Source: Mobula hypostoma (Eukaryota). Taken from it: a DNA stretch of 64,000 bases. The notes under the pieces are model-generated. The model did not search any database. It was not told the origin of the DNA and saw nothing but the letters and a program-made list of their open reading frames with translations. Within the stretch, counting starts at the first letter, position 1. Every line of letters starts with the position of its first letter. Made by a program: the position numbers and the translations under genes. This document shows positions 35,630-48,655 of the stretch, piece by piece. The stretch lies in contig NC_086108.1 in the NCBI RefSeq assembly GCF_963921235.1, forward strand, positions 5,580,001 through 5,644,000. Direction: 5' to 3'.

Positions 35630-38600
35630 CTTCACCAAACAATGAAAGCACACAGTTATTGGTGAGCTTTTGGTAGTGTGTGCGGCTCTGTAATGGGACT
35701 TATCCCATAAGACCATAACATACAGGAGCAGACTTAGGTCATCTGGCCCACCTGGTCTGCTCCACCATTCCATCGAGACTTATTTTTATAAACCCATTCT
35801 CTTGCTTCTCTCCACAACCCTTACTAATTTAGAGCTAATCCTAAGTACAGCCATTGACTTGACCTCCACTGCCTTCCTTGGTAAAGAATTCCACGGATTC
35901 ACCACCCTCCTGCTGAAGCACCTTTTCCTCAACTGAGTTCGAAAGGGATGTGCCTTTATTCCAGGGCCGTACCCTTGGATCCGAGACTCTGGCAACGACG
36001 GAAATATCCTCCCTACATCCACTCTATCCAGTCCTTTCAGGATCAGGTCAAAGACATCCCACCAGGCCCCACCATCCTTCTGAACTCCAGTAATTACAGG
36101 CCTAGAGACATCAAATGCTCCTCAAACATTAAGTTGATGGTGTTTCCTCTGGGATAAAGACCATATACAGTCTCTCTGTCTATGTCTCTGAAGATGTTAT
36201 AAACCTTCATACGGTCAGTTAACCAACCCAAAGGTGAAGAAAAGAGATATTTCTATTAAATTTATCTGTTTAGAAAGACAAGGAGGAATTACAACCATTT
36301 TGAGATCGGAAAGGATAGAGAGAGGAAGTGTGATAACCAGAGATAGTTAACTATTTCCATGGCAACAGTAGGTTAGACCATATGACCATAGACATTGTTG
36401 TTGTTCCATGTGGTGTATCAGGTGGCAAACTTGTTTAGCATTTCTTTAGCATTTTTGTCTGTTTTTTTTATGAGGCCGAGTTGCTAGCTCGATGCTCAAC
36501 CCAACCCAGCATGCAAGGAGCCGGCCGGATTCGAACCCAGGATTACTCACCTCAAAGACCCGTGCGGATGCCACTACGCCACTGGCCAGCAATCATGAGA
36601 CACAGGAGCAGAATTAGTCCACTTGGCCCATCAGGTCTACTCTTCCACTCCATCATGGCTGATTCATTACCCTGTCCTCCTGCCTTCTCCCTGGAACCTT
36701 TGACACTGTGACTAACCAAGAACCCATCAACCTCTGCTTTAAATATACTCAGTGACTTGACCTCCACAGCCGTCTGTGGCAATGAATTCCACAGATTCAC
36801 TGCCCTCTGGCTAAAGAAATTCCTCCTCATCTCTGATCTAAATGGACACCCCTCTGGCCCTAGACTCACCCCACTATAAGAAGCATCCTCCCCATGTCCA
36901 CTCTATCCAGACCTTTCAATATTCAATAGCTTTCGATTAGATCCCCCCTTATTCCCCTGAACATCAGTGAGTACAGGCCCAGAACCATCAAATGCCCCTC
37001 ATATATAAAATGTTGCATTCCTGTGTCCATTCTCATGAACCTCCTCTGAACCCTCTCCAATGTCAGCACATCTTTTCTTAGATAAGGGGCCCAAAACTGC
37101 TCACAGTACTCCAACCACGGTCTGACCAATGCCTTATAAAGCCTCAGCATTACATCCTGAGCCAGTGTTGTGGCTGTTGGGTTTGGACGAGGGAACTGGA
37201 GCTGAAAGCATTGATATCCATCTGTTTGGGTCAGCAGTTCAGGGACAGAGGGAAGGCTCACCAAACCAAGTGATCAGATACTCTGTGTCTAGTCCATATG
37301 AAGTGGGAAAATCTGCAGAAAAGCTTTTGAAATAAGAGGTTGAAAATGGGAAAAGAGAAGCTGTGGATTCTGAAAATCTGAAGGAAAGAACACTCAGCAG
37401 GTCAGGCAGCATCTGTGGAGAGAGAACGGTCAACTGCACCTTTCATCAGAACTTGCAGTTCTCTCCACTTTCATCCTCACTTCCCACACTAGGCTCCTTC
37501 TCCCTCTTTCTTTATCTGCCTCCACTCACCTGGCCCTGTGTCCTAATTGCAACCCTTTTCTTCTCCTACCTGCCTCCATCTGCCTATCATCCATCACCAC
37601 ACTCCCCCACCTCCCTTGTTCCAGCTACTGGCCCCTGTCTCAATCCTCTCCCTCCTTTATACCGATTGCCTGAACTCTGATGCAGGGTTTTCAACCCGAA
37701 ATGTCGACTACTTCTTATCCCTCCACAGATGCTGCTTGGCCTCCTATTTATTTATTTATGTTTAAAGCTGCAGCACAGAACAGGCCCTTCTGGCCTCTGG
37801 CCCAGGCTCTGCCAGTTCAGGAAACATCCTCTCTGTGTCCACTCTACCTCGGCCTTTCAACGCTCAAGTTCAAGTTTATCGTTCTTTAAACATACACACG
37901 TATACCACCAAAGTTTCAATGAGGTTGCCCCCCTTTCTTCTGAATTCCAGTGAGTACAGGCCCACCATCAAATGCTCTTTGTTATTTCAACACAGTATGT
38001 GAATCAGAACTTGGCAAGATTTGTTGGGGTGAATGGCCTTTTTTGTCAAAAACTTTTTCATGTTCTAATGTATGTATGTTCAAACGAAACAACGTTCCTC
38101 CAGACCAAGGTGCACAACACGGTCCATAAAACTAACACACACACACACACAGAGTGATATTACCACAAATAAATTAACAAGTAAAATATATTCCAGAAGA
38201 CTGATATTTAGCATAAGGTGCATTTACGACACAAGTTAAAAAGTAAACAGTATAATGCTACTGGCACTTCATGTGCGCTGAAGCGTGGTGGGAGGGTTAG
38301 GGTTAGGGTGTAGTCTCACGGTCTGGGGGAAGAAGCTGTTTCCCATCCTCACAGTCCTTGTCCTATTGCTACGGTACCTCCTGTCTGACGGATGGGAGGG
38401 ATCACTGACAATGCTAAGGGCCCTGTGATCGCAGTGCTTCAGATAAATATCTTGGATGGGTGGAAGCGAGACCCCACCTTTACATCTTTACGATCCTCTC
38501 AAGTGTCCTTGCAATCCCTTGTAGGGGCGCGGTCAGATGCCTTGTAATTCCCGTAGCCGACAGTGATGCAGCCATCAGGACCCTCTTGATGGTGCTCCTG

Positions 38601-38879
38601 TAATTGAGTTAGAATGGGGGTGGGGAGGGTGGGAGCCCCACTCACCTCAGGAAGTGGAGACGCTGCTGTGCTTTCTACACTGAAGAGGTGGTGTTGAGGG
38701 TGTCCAGGTGAGATCATTTATTATGCGCACTCCCACTCCCCAGATACTTGTGCTCCAACTCTCTCCGCGGAGGAGCTGTTTACTGTTTACAGCCAGCACT
38801 CCACCCTCCCATTCTTCTAAATACCATATGATAGCTGCATTTAAGAGGAATTAGATGGGCACTTTACCGCGGGGGGGGG

Positions 38880-39163
38880 CTACGGGGCGGTACAGTAGCA
38901 TAATTGTTAGCACACCTCTTTACAGTTCAATTCCCACCACTGCCTGTAAGGAGTTTATACGTTCTCCTCGTGACTGTGTGGGTTTCCTCCAGGTGCTCCG
39001 GTTTCCTCCCACAGTGCAAAGACGTCCCGGTTGGTAGGTTAATTGGACGTTATAAATTGTCCTGTGATTAGGCAAGGATTAAATTGGGGGGAGGGGATGC
39101 TAGGCGCTGCAGCTTGGGGGGGCCAGAATAGCTTACTCCGCGCTGTATCTCAATAAATAAATA
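38880..39163 (+). mobile_element. V-SINE-type tRNA SINE (other copies at about 30805-31045, 20875-21060, 47455-47655 and 57700-57980 -)
   Basis: gggtttcctcc.ggtgctccggtttcctcccacagt V-domain motif; aataa tail. Confidence 0.72.
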
Positions 39164-40318
39164 AGACCATAAGATATAGGAGCAGAATTAGGCCACTTGG
39201 CCCATCGAGTCTGTTCTGCATTTCATCATGGCTGATACATTTCCTTCTCAGACCCATTCTCCTGCTTTTTCCCCTTATCCCTTCATGCCCTGACTATTCA
39301 AGAATTTATCAACCTCTGCTTAAATATACCCAATGACCTGTCCTCCACAGCCACAAATTCTCAGCACAGATTCTCTGCCTAAAGAAGTTCCTCATCTCTG
39401 TTCTAAAGGACATCCCTCTATTCTGAGGCTGTGTCCTCTGGTCCGAGACTCCTCCACCATAGGAAACATCCTCTCCACATCCACTCTACTGAGACCTTTC
39501 AAAGTTCGAAAGGTTTCAATGAGATCCCTGCTCTTTCTTCTAAACTCGAGGGAGTACAGGCCCAGAGCCTACAAACGCGGCTCATTCTGTGCAGTGAGGA
39601 CGACCCAGTGAGTAAACAGCATGGAGTGAGGTGTCGGGTGAAGAGGGGCAGTCTATCCTTCGGATGGAGATTGTGGCTCAGGCTGTGGGTCAGGACTCAG
39701 CGACGCAGCCTGGTCACTCAGTAGAGGCAAAAATGAAAGGGGATCCCAGCTGGAGTCAGAGAACATGGACCAGTACAGCACAGGAACAGGCCATTCGGCC
39801 CACAATGTTGTGCTGAACCAGCTATAAAGTAAATCAAAAACACCCAAACACTAATCCCTCCTAACCACACAATGTCTATATCCCTCTATCTTCCTTGCAT
39901 CCAAATATCTCTTAAAAGCCTCTACCACCATACCAGACAGCACATTTCATACATAAGACCATAAGGCATAGGAGCAGAATTAGGCCATCTGGCGGATCGA
40001 GTCTGCTCTGCCATTCAATCATGGCTGATCCTTTTCTTTATCTCCTCCTCAACCTCAGTTCCCGGCCTTCTCCCTGTAACCTCTGATGATGTGTTCAATC
40101 AAGAACCTATCAATCTCTGCCTTAAATACACCCAACGACCTGGTCTCCACAGCTGCATGTGGTAACAAATTCACCACTGTTTGGCTAAATAAATTTCTCT
40201 GCATCTCTGTTTTGAAAGGGCGCCCCTCTATCCTGAGGCTGTGCTCTCTTGTCCCAGACTCTACCACCATGGGAAACATCCTTTCCACGTCTACTCTACC
40301 TAGGCCTTTCAACATTCA

Positions 40319-40473
40319 CGAGGAAATCTGTAGATACTGGAAATTCAAGCACCACACATAAAAATGCTGGTGAACGCAGCAGGCCAAGGGTCTCAGCCTG
40401 AAACATCAACTGTACCTCTTCCTATAGATGCTGCCTGGCCTGCTGCGTTCACCAGCATTTTTTATCTGTGTTG
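40319..40473. mobile_element. Fold-back Penelope-end insertion within a CR1 tail
   Basis: TSD ctttcaacattca at 40306-40318 and 40474-40486; inverted arms at 40360-40386 and 40436-40462. Confidence 0.75.
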
Positions 40474-41364
40474 CTTTCAACATTCAAAAGGTTTCAATGA
40501 GATGCCCCCCCACTCCATCCTCCTGAATTCCAGCGAGTACGGTCCCAGAGCCATCAAACGTTCCTTGTATGATAACCCTTTCATTCCTGGAATCATCCTT
40601 GTGAACCTCCTCTGGACCCTCTCCAATGCTAGCACATCTTTTCTAAGATCAGGGGCCCAAAACTGTTTGCACTACTCAAAGTGAGGCCTCACCAGTGCCT
40701 TATAAAGCCTCAGCATCACATCCCTGCTCTTGTATTCTACCACCATACTTTCACCATTCTGAGTTTAAAAACTTACCCTCACATCCCCTTTGAACCCGGC
40801 CCCTCTCACCCTCAATGTATGCCCTCTTGTATTAGACATTCCTACCCTGGAAAACAGATACTCTCTGTCCACTGTATAATCTTGTAAATCTCTGTCAGAT
40901 CTCCTTTCAGCCTTCAGTCCACCAGAGAAACCAACGCAAGTTTGTCCAGTCTCTCGTGATAGAACATGCCCTCTAAACCAGGCAGCATCCTGGTAAACCT
41001 CTCCTGCACCCGCTCCAAAACTTCAACATTCTTCCTACAGTGGGGCGACCAGAGCAGGATGCAAAGCTGGGTCCCGTGCATATTCCTGGTCAGCACCTAA
41101 GAGGAAGAAGAAGACTTGAATGGAGAGGGTGCGGAAGAGATTCACCAGGATTTTCCCTGGGAATGGGGCGTTTGATTGTTGGGGGAGACTGGGATTGTCT
41201 TTATTTGAACTCTGGCTTTTTAAGGCATTGGACAGTCACATGTGAAGTGTTGTGAGCAGTTTTAGATCGCCCATTTGTCAGCACTAGGTTTGGAGCAGAG
41301 GTCATGGGCTTAATGACAGTGGAGGAAGTAATATATCAGTGCCCCGATGCAGTCCCTGGTCTGT

Positions 41365-42128
41365 AAATCTGCTGATGATACACCCGTTGTTGGCAGAGTC
41401 TCAGATGGTGAAAAGAGGGCATACAGGAGCAAGATATGCCAGTTAGTTGAGTGGGGTCAGAGCATCAAATTTCACTCAAAGTCAGTAAGCCCAAAGAGCT
41501 GATTGTGGACTTCAGGGAGGAAAAGACGAGGGAACACACACCAGTCCTTGTAGAGGGATCAGAAGTGGAGAGAGTGAGCAATTTCAAACTCCTGGGTGTC
41601 GGTATCTCTGGGGATCTAAACTGGACCCAACATATTGATGCAGTTATAAAGAAGGCAAGACAGCAGCTATATTTCATTAGGAGTTTGAGGAGATTTGGTT
41701 TATCATCAAAAACACTCGCAAATTTCTATAGATGTACCATGGAGAACATTTTGACTGGCTACATCACCGTCTGGTATGGGGGGGGGGGTGGGTTGCTACT
41801 GCACAGGATCAAAGTAAGCTGCAGAGAGTTGTAAAGTTAGTCAGCTCTATCATGGGCACTGGTCTCCGTTGTATCCAGGACATCTTCAAGGAGCGATGCC
41901 TCAAAAAGGCGGCGTCCATCATTAGGGACCCCCATCACCCAGGACATGCCCTCTTCTCATTGTTACCATCAGGGAGGAGGTACAGGAGCCTGAAGGCACA
42001 CACTCAATGATTCAGGAACAGCTTCTTCCCCTCTGCCACCCGATTTCTGAATGGACATTGAACCCATGAACACTACCTCACTACTTTTTTATTTCTATTT
42101 TTGCACTACTTATTCAATTTGACTAATC
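41365..42128 (+). mobile_element. Rex1/Babar (L2-related) LINE 3' fragment
   Basis: ADDTPVVG, KPKELIVDFR, KARQQLYFIRSLRRF, DPHHPGHALFSLLPSGRRYRS. Related copies at about 23500-23890, 27960-28320, 26740-27010, 38280-38760, 53870-54240 and 62925-63570. Confidence 0.8.
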
Positions 42129-42130
42129 TA

Positions 42131-42564
42131 CGAGGGGTGATTGATAAGTTCGTGGCTTAAGGTAGAAGGAGTCAATTTCAGAAAACCTAGCACATTTACT
42201 TTTCAACATAGTCCCCTCGTACATGTACACACTTAGTCCAGCAGTCGTGGAGCATACGGATCCCTTCTTTGTAGAAGTGGTCCACAGCAGGGGTGATTGA
42301 TAAGTTTGTGGCCTGAGGTAGAAGGAGATGAGTTATACAAGCTCTCGTTACATGCACGTGCAGTTCAACTCTTTGAGTGATAATGCAGAAAGTTTGAAGT
42401 TAATAACTCACCCCCTTCTACCTCAGGCCACGAACTTATCAATCACCCCTGCTGTGGGCCACTTTCTGGAGGTCCAAGACGCTGACTTCAGAAAAACATA
42501 CGTGCTAGGTTTTCTGAAATTGACTCCTTCTACCTTAGGCCACGAACTTATCAATCACACCTCG
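42131..42564. mobile_element. Mariner-type MITE (434 bp) with TA TSD and nested double TIRs
   Basis: TA at 42129-42130 and 42565-42566; outer arms 42131-42193 and 42502-42564; inner arms 42275-42325 and 42414-42464. The CGAGGGG start resembles irritans-subfamily mariner TIRs. Confidence 0.85.
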
Positions 42565-42764
42565 TATAGTATACGTACTGTAATTCAGTTTTCTTTTACA
42601 ACATATGCCAGTGATATTAAACCTGATTCTGATTCTGAGTGTGCACACCCCATTCTCAAAACTTAACTCTTTTCAGCTTCAGTGTTCTCCGGTTAATCTG
42701 AGTTGTGCCAGTGTTCTCCGGTTAATCTGAGTTGTGCCCCTCTCTATGTCAGTCCAAGCCTTAC

Positions 42765-42899
42765 CTTCTCACTCCGACAGGAAAAGCCCTTGTTGGCGTT
42801 GAACTCCTGCATGTTGAAGATGTGAATCCTCCCCTCCAGGGTCGTCACTACCAGTTTATTTAAAGTGCTGTCTTTCTTGTCAAATTCCATGCAACATGC
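42765..42899 (-). CDS. DNAAF10: WDR92/DNAAF10-like coding exon 6 (135 nt)
   Basis: ACCMEFDKKDSTLNKLVVTTLEGRIHIFNMQEFNANKGFSCRSEK; flanked by caatag| and AAG|gtaagg. Confidence 0.88.
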
Positions 42900-42942
42900 C
42901 TATTGAGGATGGAAACCCAGAAACATCAAGATCACACCGTAC

Positions 42943-43742
42943 TGTGGAGGTGTTAACATCAACAATATAAGATATGCAGACAATACCACCCTAATAGCAA
43001 ATGCTGCAGAAGACCTACAGATCCTCCTAGACAAAGTAGTACAAACAAATGCAGATTTTGGTCTAACCATCAACTGTAAAAAAAAACCCAAATGTATGGT
43101 AATATCAAAACAGCAAGATACTCCTAACTGCCAGTTGTACATTAGCAACCAAGAAATTAAACAGAAGACCAGCTTTAATTATCTTGGTAGCTTTATATCA
43201 CAAGATGCTAGAAGTAGAAATAAAAAGAAGAATTGCCATTGCCAAAACCAATTTCCAAAAAATAAAACCAATTTTTACCAACAGACACATTTCTATGACA
43301 ACAAGGCTTAGGCTACTAAAATGTTACATCTGGTCAGTCTTGCTGTATGCTTCCAAAATATGGACTATAACACCAGAACTCCAAAGAAACTTCGCAGCAA
43401 CAGAAATGTAGTTTTGTAGAAGAATGCTGAAAAGATCATATAGAGATAGGGTAACTAATGAGACAGTACTCCAACATGCCCATACAAAAAGATCTCTAAC
43501 GAGAACATTAAATGAGAGGAAACTTAAATTCCTGGGCCATGTCATCAGAAAGGGAGAAATAGAATGCCTTACATTACAAGGCTGTATGCCTAGGAAACGC
43601 GGAAGAGGAATGCAAAGAAGAAAATATATGGGAAAGAACCAACGGATCCAAGTGTACGAGATATCATTGACGCTGCATGAGATCGGTCATTGTGGAAAGC
43701 CATGATCGCCCAAGCGTGTAACATGCAAGGCATGTGAAGAAG
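42943..43742 (+). mobile_element. RTE-clade LINE 3' part (RT)
   Basis: GGVNINNIRYADNTTLIA, RLLKCYIWSVLLYAS, LKFLGHVIRK; short gaa tail. Confidence 0.82.
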
Positions 43743-43744
43743 TC

Positions 43745-46700
43745 CTCTTGGACGCTATCATCACATTGCCTTCCTCAACCTGCAAATTAACCTCTAGCGA
43801 ATCATACACAAGCACTCCCAGGTCGCTTTCTGCCTCAGATTTTTTGAATTTTCTCTCCCCTTAGAAAATAGTCTACCCTTTCATTTCTTCTACCAAAGTG
43901 CATGACCATACACCCCGACACTATTCCACCTGCCACTATTTTGCCCATTTTCCTAATCTGTCCAAGTCCTTCTGTAGCTTCTCTACTTCCTCAAAACTAC
44001 ATGCCTCTCCACTTATCTTCGTATCATCTATATACTTTGCAACAAAACCATCATTTCCGTCATCCAAATCATTGACATATAACATAAAAAGACGGTCTCA
44101 ACACAGACCCCTGTGGAACACCACTAGTCACTGGCAGCCATCCGAAAAAGGTTCCCTTTACTCCCACTCTTTGCTTTCTGCCAATCAGCCACTGCCTTAT
44201 CCATGCTAGAATCTTTCCTGTAATACCATGGGTTCTTATGTTGTTAAGCAACCTCATGTGTGGCACCTTGTTAAAGGCCTTCTGAAAATCCAAGTACATC
44301 ACATCCACTGCATCTCCTTTATCTACCGTGCTTGTAATTTCCTCAAAAAATTGCAGTAGGTTAGTCAGGCAGGATTTTCCTTTCAGGAAACCATGCTGGC
44401 TTTGGCCTATCTTGTAATGTGCCTCCAGGTACTCCGTAATCTCATCCCTAATAATCGATTCCAACAACTTCCCAACCACTGATGTCAGGTTAACAGGTCT
44501 ATAGTTTCCTTTCTGTTGCCTCCCACCCTTCTTAAATAGTGGAGTAACATTTGCAATTTTCTTGAAAGATCATTGTTAATGCCTCCACAATCTCTCCAGC
44601 TACTTCCTTCAGAACCCAAGGGCGCATTCCATCAGGTCCAGGAGATTTATCCACCCTCGGACCATTAAGCTTCCTGAGCACCTTCTCAGTCGTAATTTTC
44701 ACTGCACATACTTCACTTCCCTGACACTCTTGAATGTTCAGTACACTGCAGATGTCTTCCACTGTGAAGACTGATGCAAAATACGCATTCAATTCCTCTG
44801 CCATCTCTGCATCTCTCATTACAATATCTCCAGCGTCATTTTCTATTGGTCCTATATCTACCCTCAACTCTCTTTCACCCTTTATATACTTAAAAAAGCT
44901 TTTAGTATTTTCTTTGATATTAGTTGTCAGCTTCCTTTCATGATTCATCTTTTCCTTCCTAATTCTTAGTTTCCTTCTACAAGTTTTTAAAAGCTTCCCA
45001 TTCCTCTATCTTCCCACTAGCTTTGGCTTCCTTGTATGCCCACTCTTTTGCTTTTACTTTGGCTCTGACTTCACTTGTCAACCACGGTCGTGTCCTTCTT
45101 CCTTTCAAAAATGTCTTCTTATTTGGAATATATCGGTCTTGCACTGCCCTCATTTTTCACAGAAACTCCAGCCGCTGCTGCTCTGCTGTCCTTCCTGCTA
45201 GTGTCCAGTTCCAGTCAACTTTGGCCAGTTCCCCTCTCATGCCATTGTAATTTCCTTTATTCCATAGAAATACTGACACATTGGAATTTAGTTCCTCCTT
45301 CTCAAATTTCAAAGTGAACTCGATCATATTGTGATCACTGTTCCCTAAGTGTTCTTTAACCTCTTATTACCTCTGGATCATTGCCAAACACCCAATCCAG
45401 CACAGCTGATCCCCTAGTGGGCTCAACGACAAGCTGTTCTAAAAAGCCATCCCTTAGATATTTTACAAATTCTCTCTCTTGAGGTCCAGTTCTGGCCTGG
45501 TTTTCCCAATTCACTTCATGTTAAAATCCCCAATGATTATCATAACATTGCCCTTCTGACACGCTTTTTCTATCTCCTGCTGTAATCTGTAATCCACATC
45601 CCGGCTGCTGTTTGGAAGCCTTTACACAACAGCCATTAGGGTCCTTTTACCCTTGCCCTTTTACCCTTAGCTCAACCCACAGAGACTCTACACCTTCTGA
45701 TCCTATATTATCCCTTTCTAATGATTTAATATTATTTCTTATACACAGGGCCACACCACCCCCTCTGCCGACTAACCTATCTTTCCGATACACCGTATAT
45801 CCCTGGACATTCAACTCCCAATGGCAGCCATCCTTTAGCCAAGTTTCAGAGATGGTCACAACGCTGTACTTGCCAGTCTGTGGCTGGATTTCAAGATCGT
45901 CCATTTTATTTCTTATGCTGTGTGCACTCAAATATAACACTTTCAGTCCAGTATTTGTTGCTTTCTGTTTTAACTGCACCGTGCCTCTATTCCCCTGTAA
46001 CTCATGCCACTGGCTTTGATTAAGCCTCATCTCCTGCCTGTTGTTTCTATAATCTCTGCTGCATGCTATCTTTGATTTATTTCTGTTTTCCCCTTCCTCA
46101 GCCCTATCACTCCAGTTCCCATCCCACTGCCAAATTTGTTTAAACCCTCCCTGACAGCTGTCTGCTATATTGGACCCCTTTGGGTTCAGGTGTAACCCGT
46201 CCTATTTGTACAGGTCGTACCTCCCCCAGAAGAGGCCCCAATGATCCAGGAATCTGAAGCCCTGCCTCTGCACCAGTCTCTCAGCCACAGATTAATATGC
46301 CTGATCATGTTATTCTTGCACTCGTTAGCACGTGGCACAGGCAGCAATCTTGAGATTACTATCCTGGAGGTCCTGCTTTTCAGCTTCCTACCCAACTCCC
46401 TGAATTCTCTCTTCAGGACCTCCTCCCTTTTTTTTACCAATGCCATTGGTACCAACGTGTATCAAGACCTCTGGCTGTTCACCCTCTCGCTTCAGAATAC
46501 TCTGCAGCCGATCCGAGACATCCCGTACCCTGGCACCTGGGAGGCAACACAACATATGGGTATCTCTATCAGGCTGACAGAACCTCTTGTCTGTTCCCCT
46601 CACTATGGAAACCCCTATGACTACCGCATTCATCATCTTCTTCTTTCCCTTCTGCACCACAGATCCAGGCTCAGTGCAGAGACCTGATCACTGTGGTTGA

Positions 46701-47110
46701 CCTCTGTCAGGTCACCCCCCTCAACAGCATCCAAAACGAGATAACGATTATTGAGGGGGATGGTCACAGGGGTACTCTCTACTATCTGAGCTCTTTCCCT
46801 CTCTTCCGTGACTGTAACCCACTTATCTAACTCCTGCAGCCTTGGGGTGACTAACTCCTTGTAGCTCCTCTCTATCTCCTGCTCACTTTCCCTGATAAGC
46901 TGTAGGTCATCAAGCCACAGCTCCAGATCCCTGACACAGTCTCACAGGAGCTGCATCTCGGTGCACCTGGTGCAGATGTGGCCATCTGGGAGACTGGAAG
47001 TTTCCCAGGATTCCCACATCCAACACCCAGAGCAAAGTACTAACCCTACAGACATGCTCTTTATTCCTAAAAAAAAATGGAAAGGAAAAAAAAAATGAAG
47101 TTCACTCACC
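43745..47110 (-). mobile_element. Near full-length decayed CR1 LINE (ORF1 Zn-finger/esterase; ORF2 APE-RT)
   Basis: ORF1 from ATG 47055 (CSGC..CTRC); SGNH-like AVVIGVSIVR...LPGARV...IHVGTN; APE LKVLYLSAHSIRNK; RT QHGFLKGKSCLTNL, YLDFQKAF, GVPQGSVL. Many stops and deletions. Confidence 0.9.
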
Positions 47111-47659
47111 CATCGACCTTGCTGACCCTATGTCATCTCTTTCCAATGACTTGATTTCATTTTTTACCAAGGATCTGTTACTGGGCTCTATCTACCTGCA
47201 CTGCACTTTCTGTAACTGTAACAGTTTGTTCTGCAACTTCATGTGAGTGACGATAAACCTGATTCTGATATAGGTCTCTATCGCACAGAACTATACGTGG
47301 GCCGACCAGCAGTGTTTCCAGCTTATTATAGTCACATATGTGTTTATTTACACAAATGCTAACGATGACATCTTCATCTCTCTCGTATCAGCATACTCCC
47401 TCTTTATCTGTCTACTTCTCGGTAACTTTAACACTACATCTGTTTTGAGCCAGCAGAGTGGTGTAACAGTTACCATAATGCTACTACTGTGCCAGCAACC
47501 TGGGTTTGACTGGGGTCTGTAAGGAGTCTTGTGTGTTCTCTCTACAGCCACATGGGTTCCAGTTTCCTCTCACGTTGCATTGACCTTTGGGTTAGTAGGT
47601 TAATTTGTCATGAGGGTATTTGGGTGGTGCAAGCCAGCTGGACCAGAAGGGCCCTATAA

Positions 47660-48655
47660 CTGACAAGAGAGAATCTGCAGATGCTGAAAGTCCGAGCAAC
47701 ACACGCAAAATGCTGGTGGAGCTCAGCAGGCCGGGCAACATCTAGGAAAAGAGTACAGTCCACGTTTCGGGCTGAAACCCTTCGGCAGGACTGGAGAGAA
47801 AAAGATGAGCAGTAGATTTGAAAGGTGGGGTGAGGGGAGTAACGCCAGGTGATAGGTGAAACCCTGAGGTGGAGGGATGAAGTGAAGAGCTGGGAAGGTG
47901 ATTGGTGAAGGAGACAGAAGGCCATGGAAGAAAGAAAAGGGTGGGGGGGGGGGAGAAGTACCAGGGGGAGGTGATAGGTGGGCAAGGAGATAAGGTGAGA
48001 GAGGGAAAAGGGGATGGGGAATTGTGAGGTGAGGGGTTTGGAGGGCATGACTAGAAGTTTGAGAAATCGATGTTCATGCCATCAGGTTGGAGGCTACCCA
48101 AATGGAATATAAGGTGTTGTTACTCCAACCCGAGTGTGGACTCATCATGACAGTGGAGGAGGCCGTGGGTGGAGATATCGGAAAGGGAATGGGAAGTGGA
48201 ATTAAAATGGATGGCCACTGGGAGATCCCCCTTTTTCTGGCGGATGGAGCGTAGATGCTCAGCGAAGCCGTCTCCCAATCTACGTCAGGTCTCGCCAATA
48301 TACACGAGGCCGCACCGGGAGCACCAGACACAGTATATGACCCCAACAGACTCACAGGTGAAGTGTCACCTCACCTGGAAGGACTGTTTGGGGCCCTGAA
48401 TGGTAGTGAGGGAGGAGGTGTCGGGGCAGGTATAGCACTTGTTCCGCTTGCAAGGATAAGTGCCAGGTGGGAGATCAGTGGAGAGGGGTGAAAGGACAAG
48501 GGAGTGAGTGGGGGCAGGGAAGGATGTGCTTGGTGGTGGAACTGCACGGCAGGTGGTGGAAGTTTTGGAATTATGTGCTGGATGCGGAGGCTGGTGGGGT
48601 GGTCGGTGAGAAGAGGAACCCTATCCCTGGTAAGATGGCAGGAGGATGGGGTAAC
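47660..48655 (-). mobile_element. Penelope-like element 3' fragment with GIY-YIG remnant and degenerate hammerhead
   Basis: Minus-strand TCESVGVIYCVWCSRCGLVYIGET*R at about 48285-48359. The hammerhead-like copy at about 47756-47793 has CUGCCGA and a GUG triplet (mutated). Confidence 0.82.

Noticed and set aside
47756..47793. Functional hammerhead in WDR92-like intron 5
   Set aside because: The core reads CUGCCGA and the cleavage triplet is GUG; both changes are expected to inactivate it.
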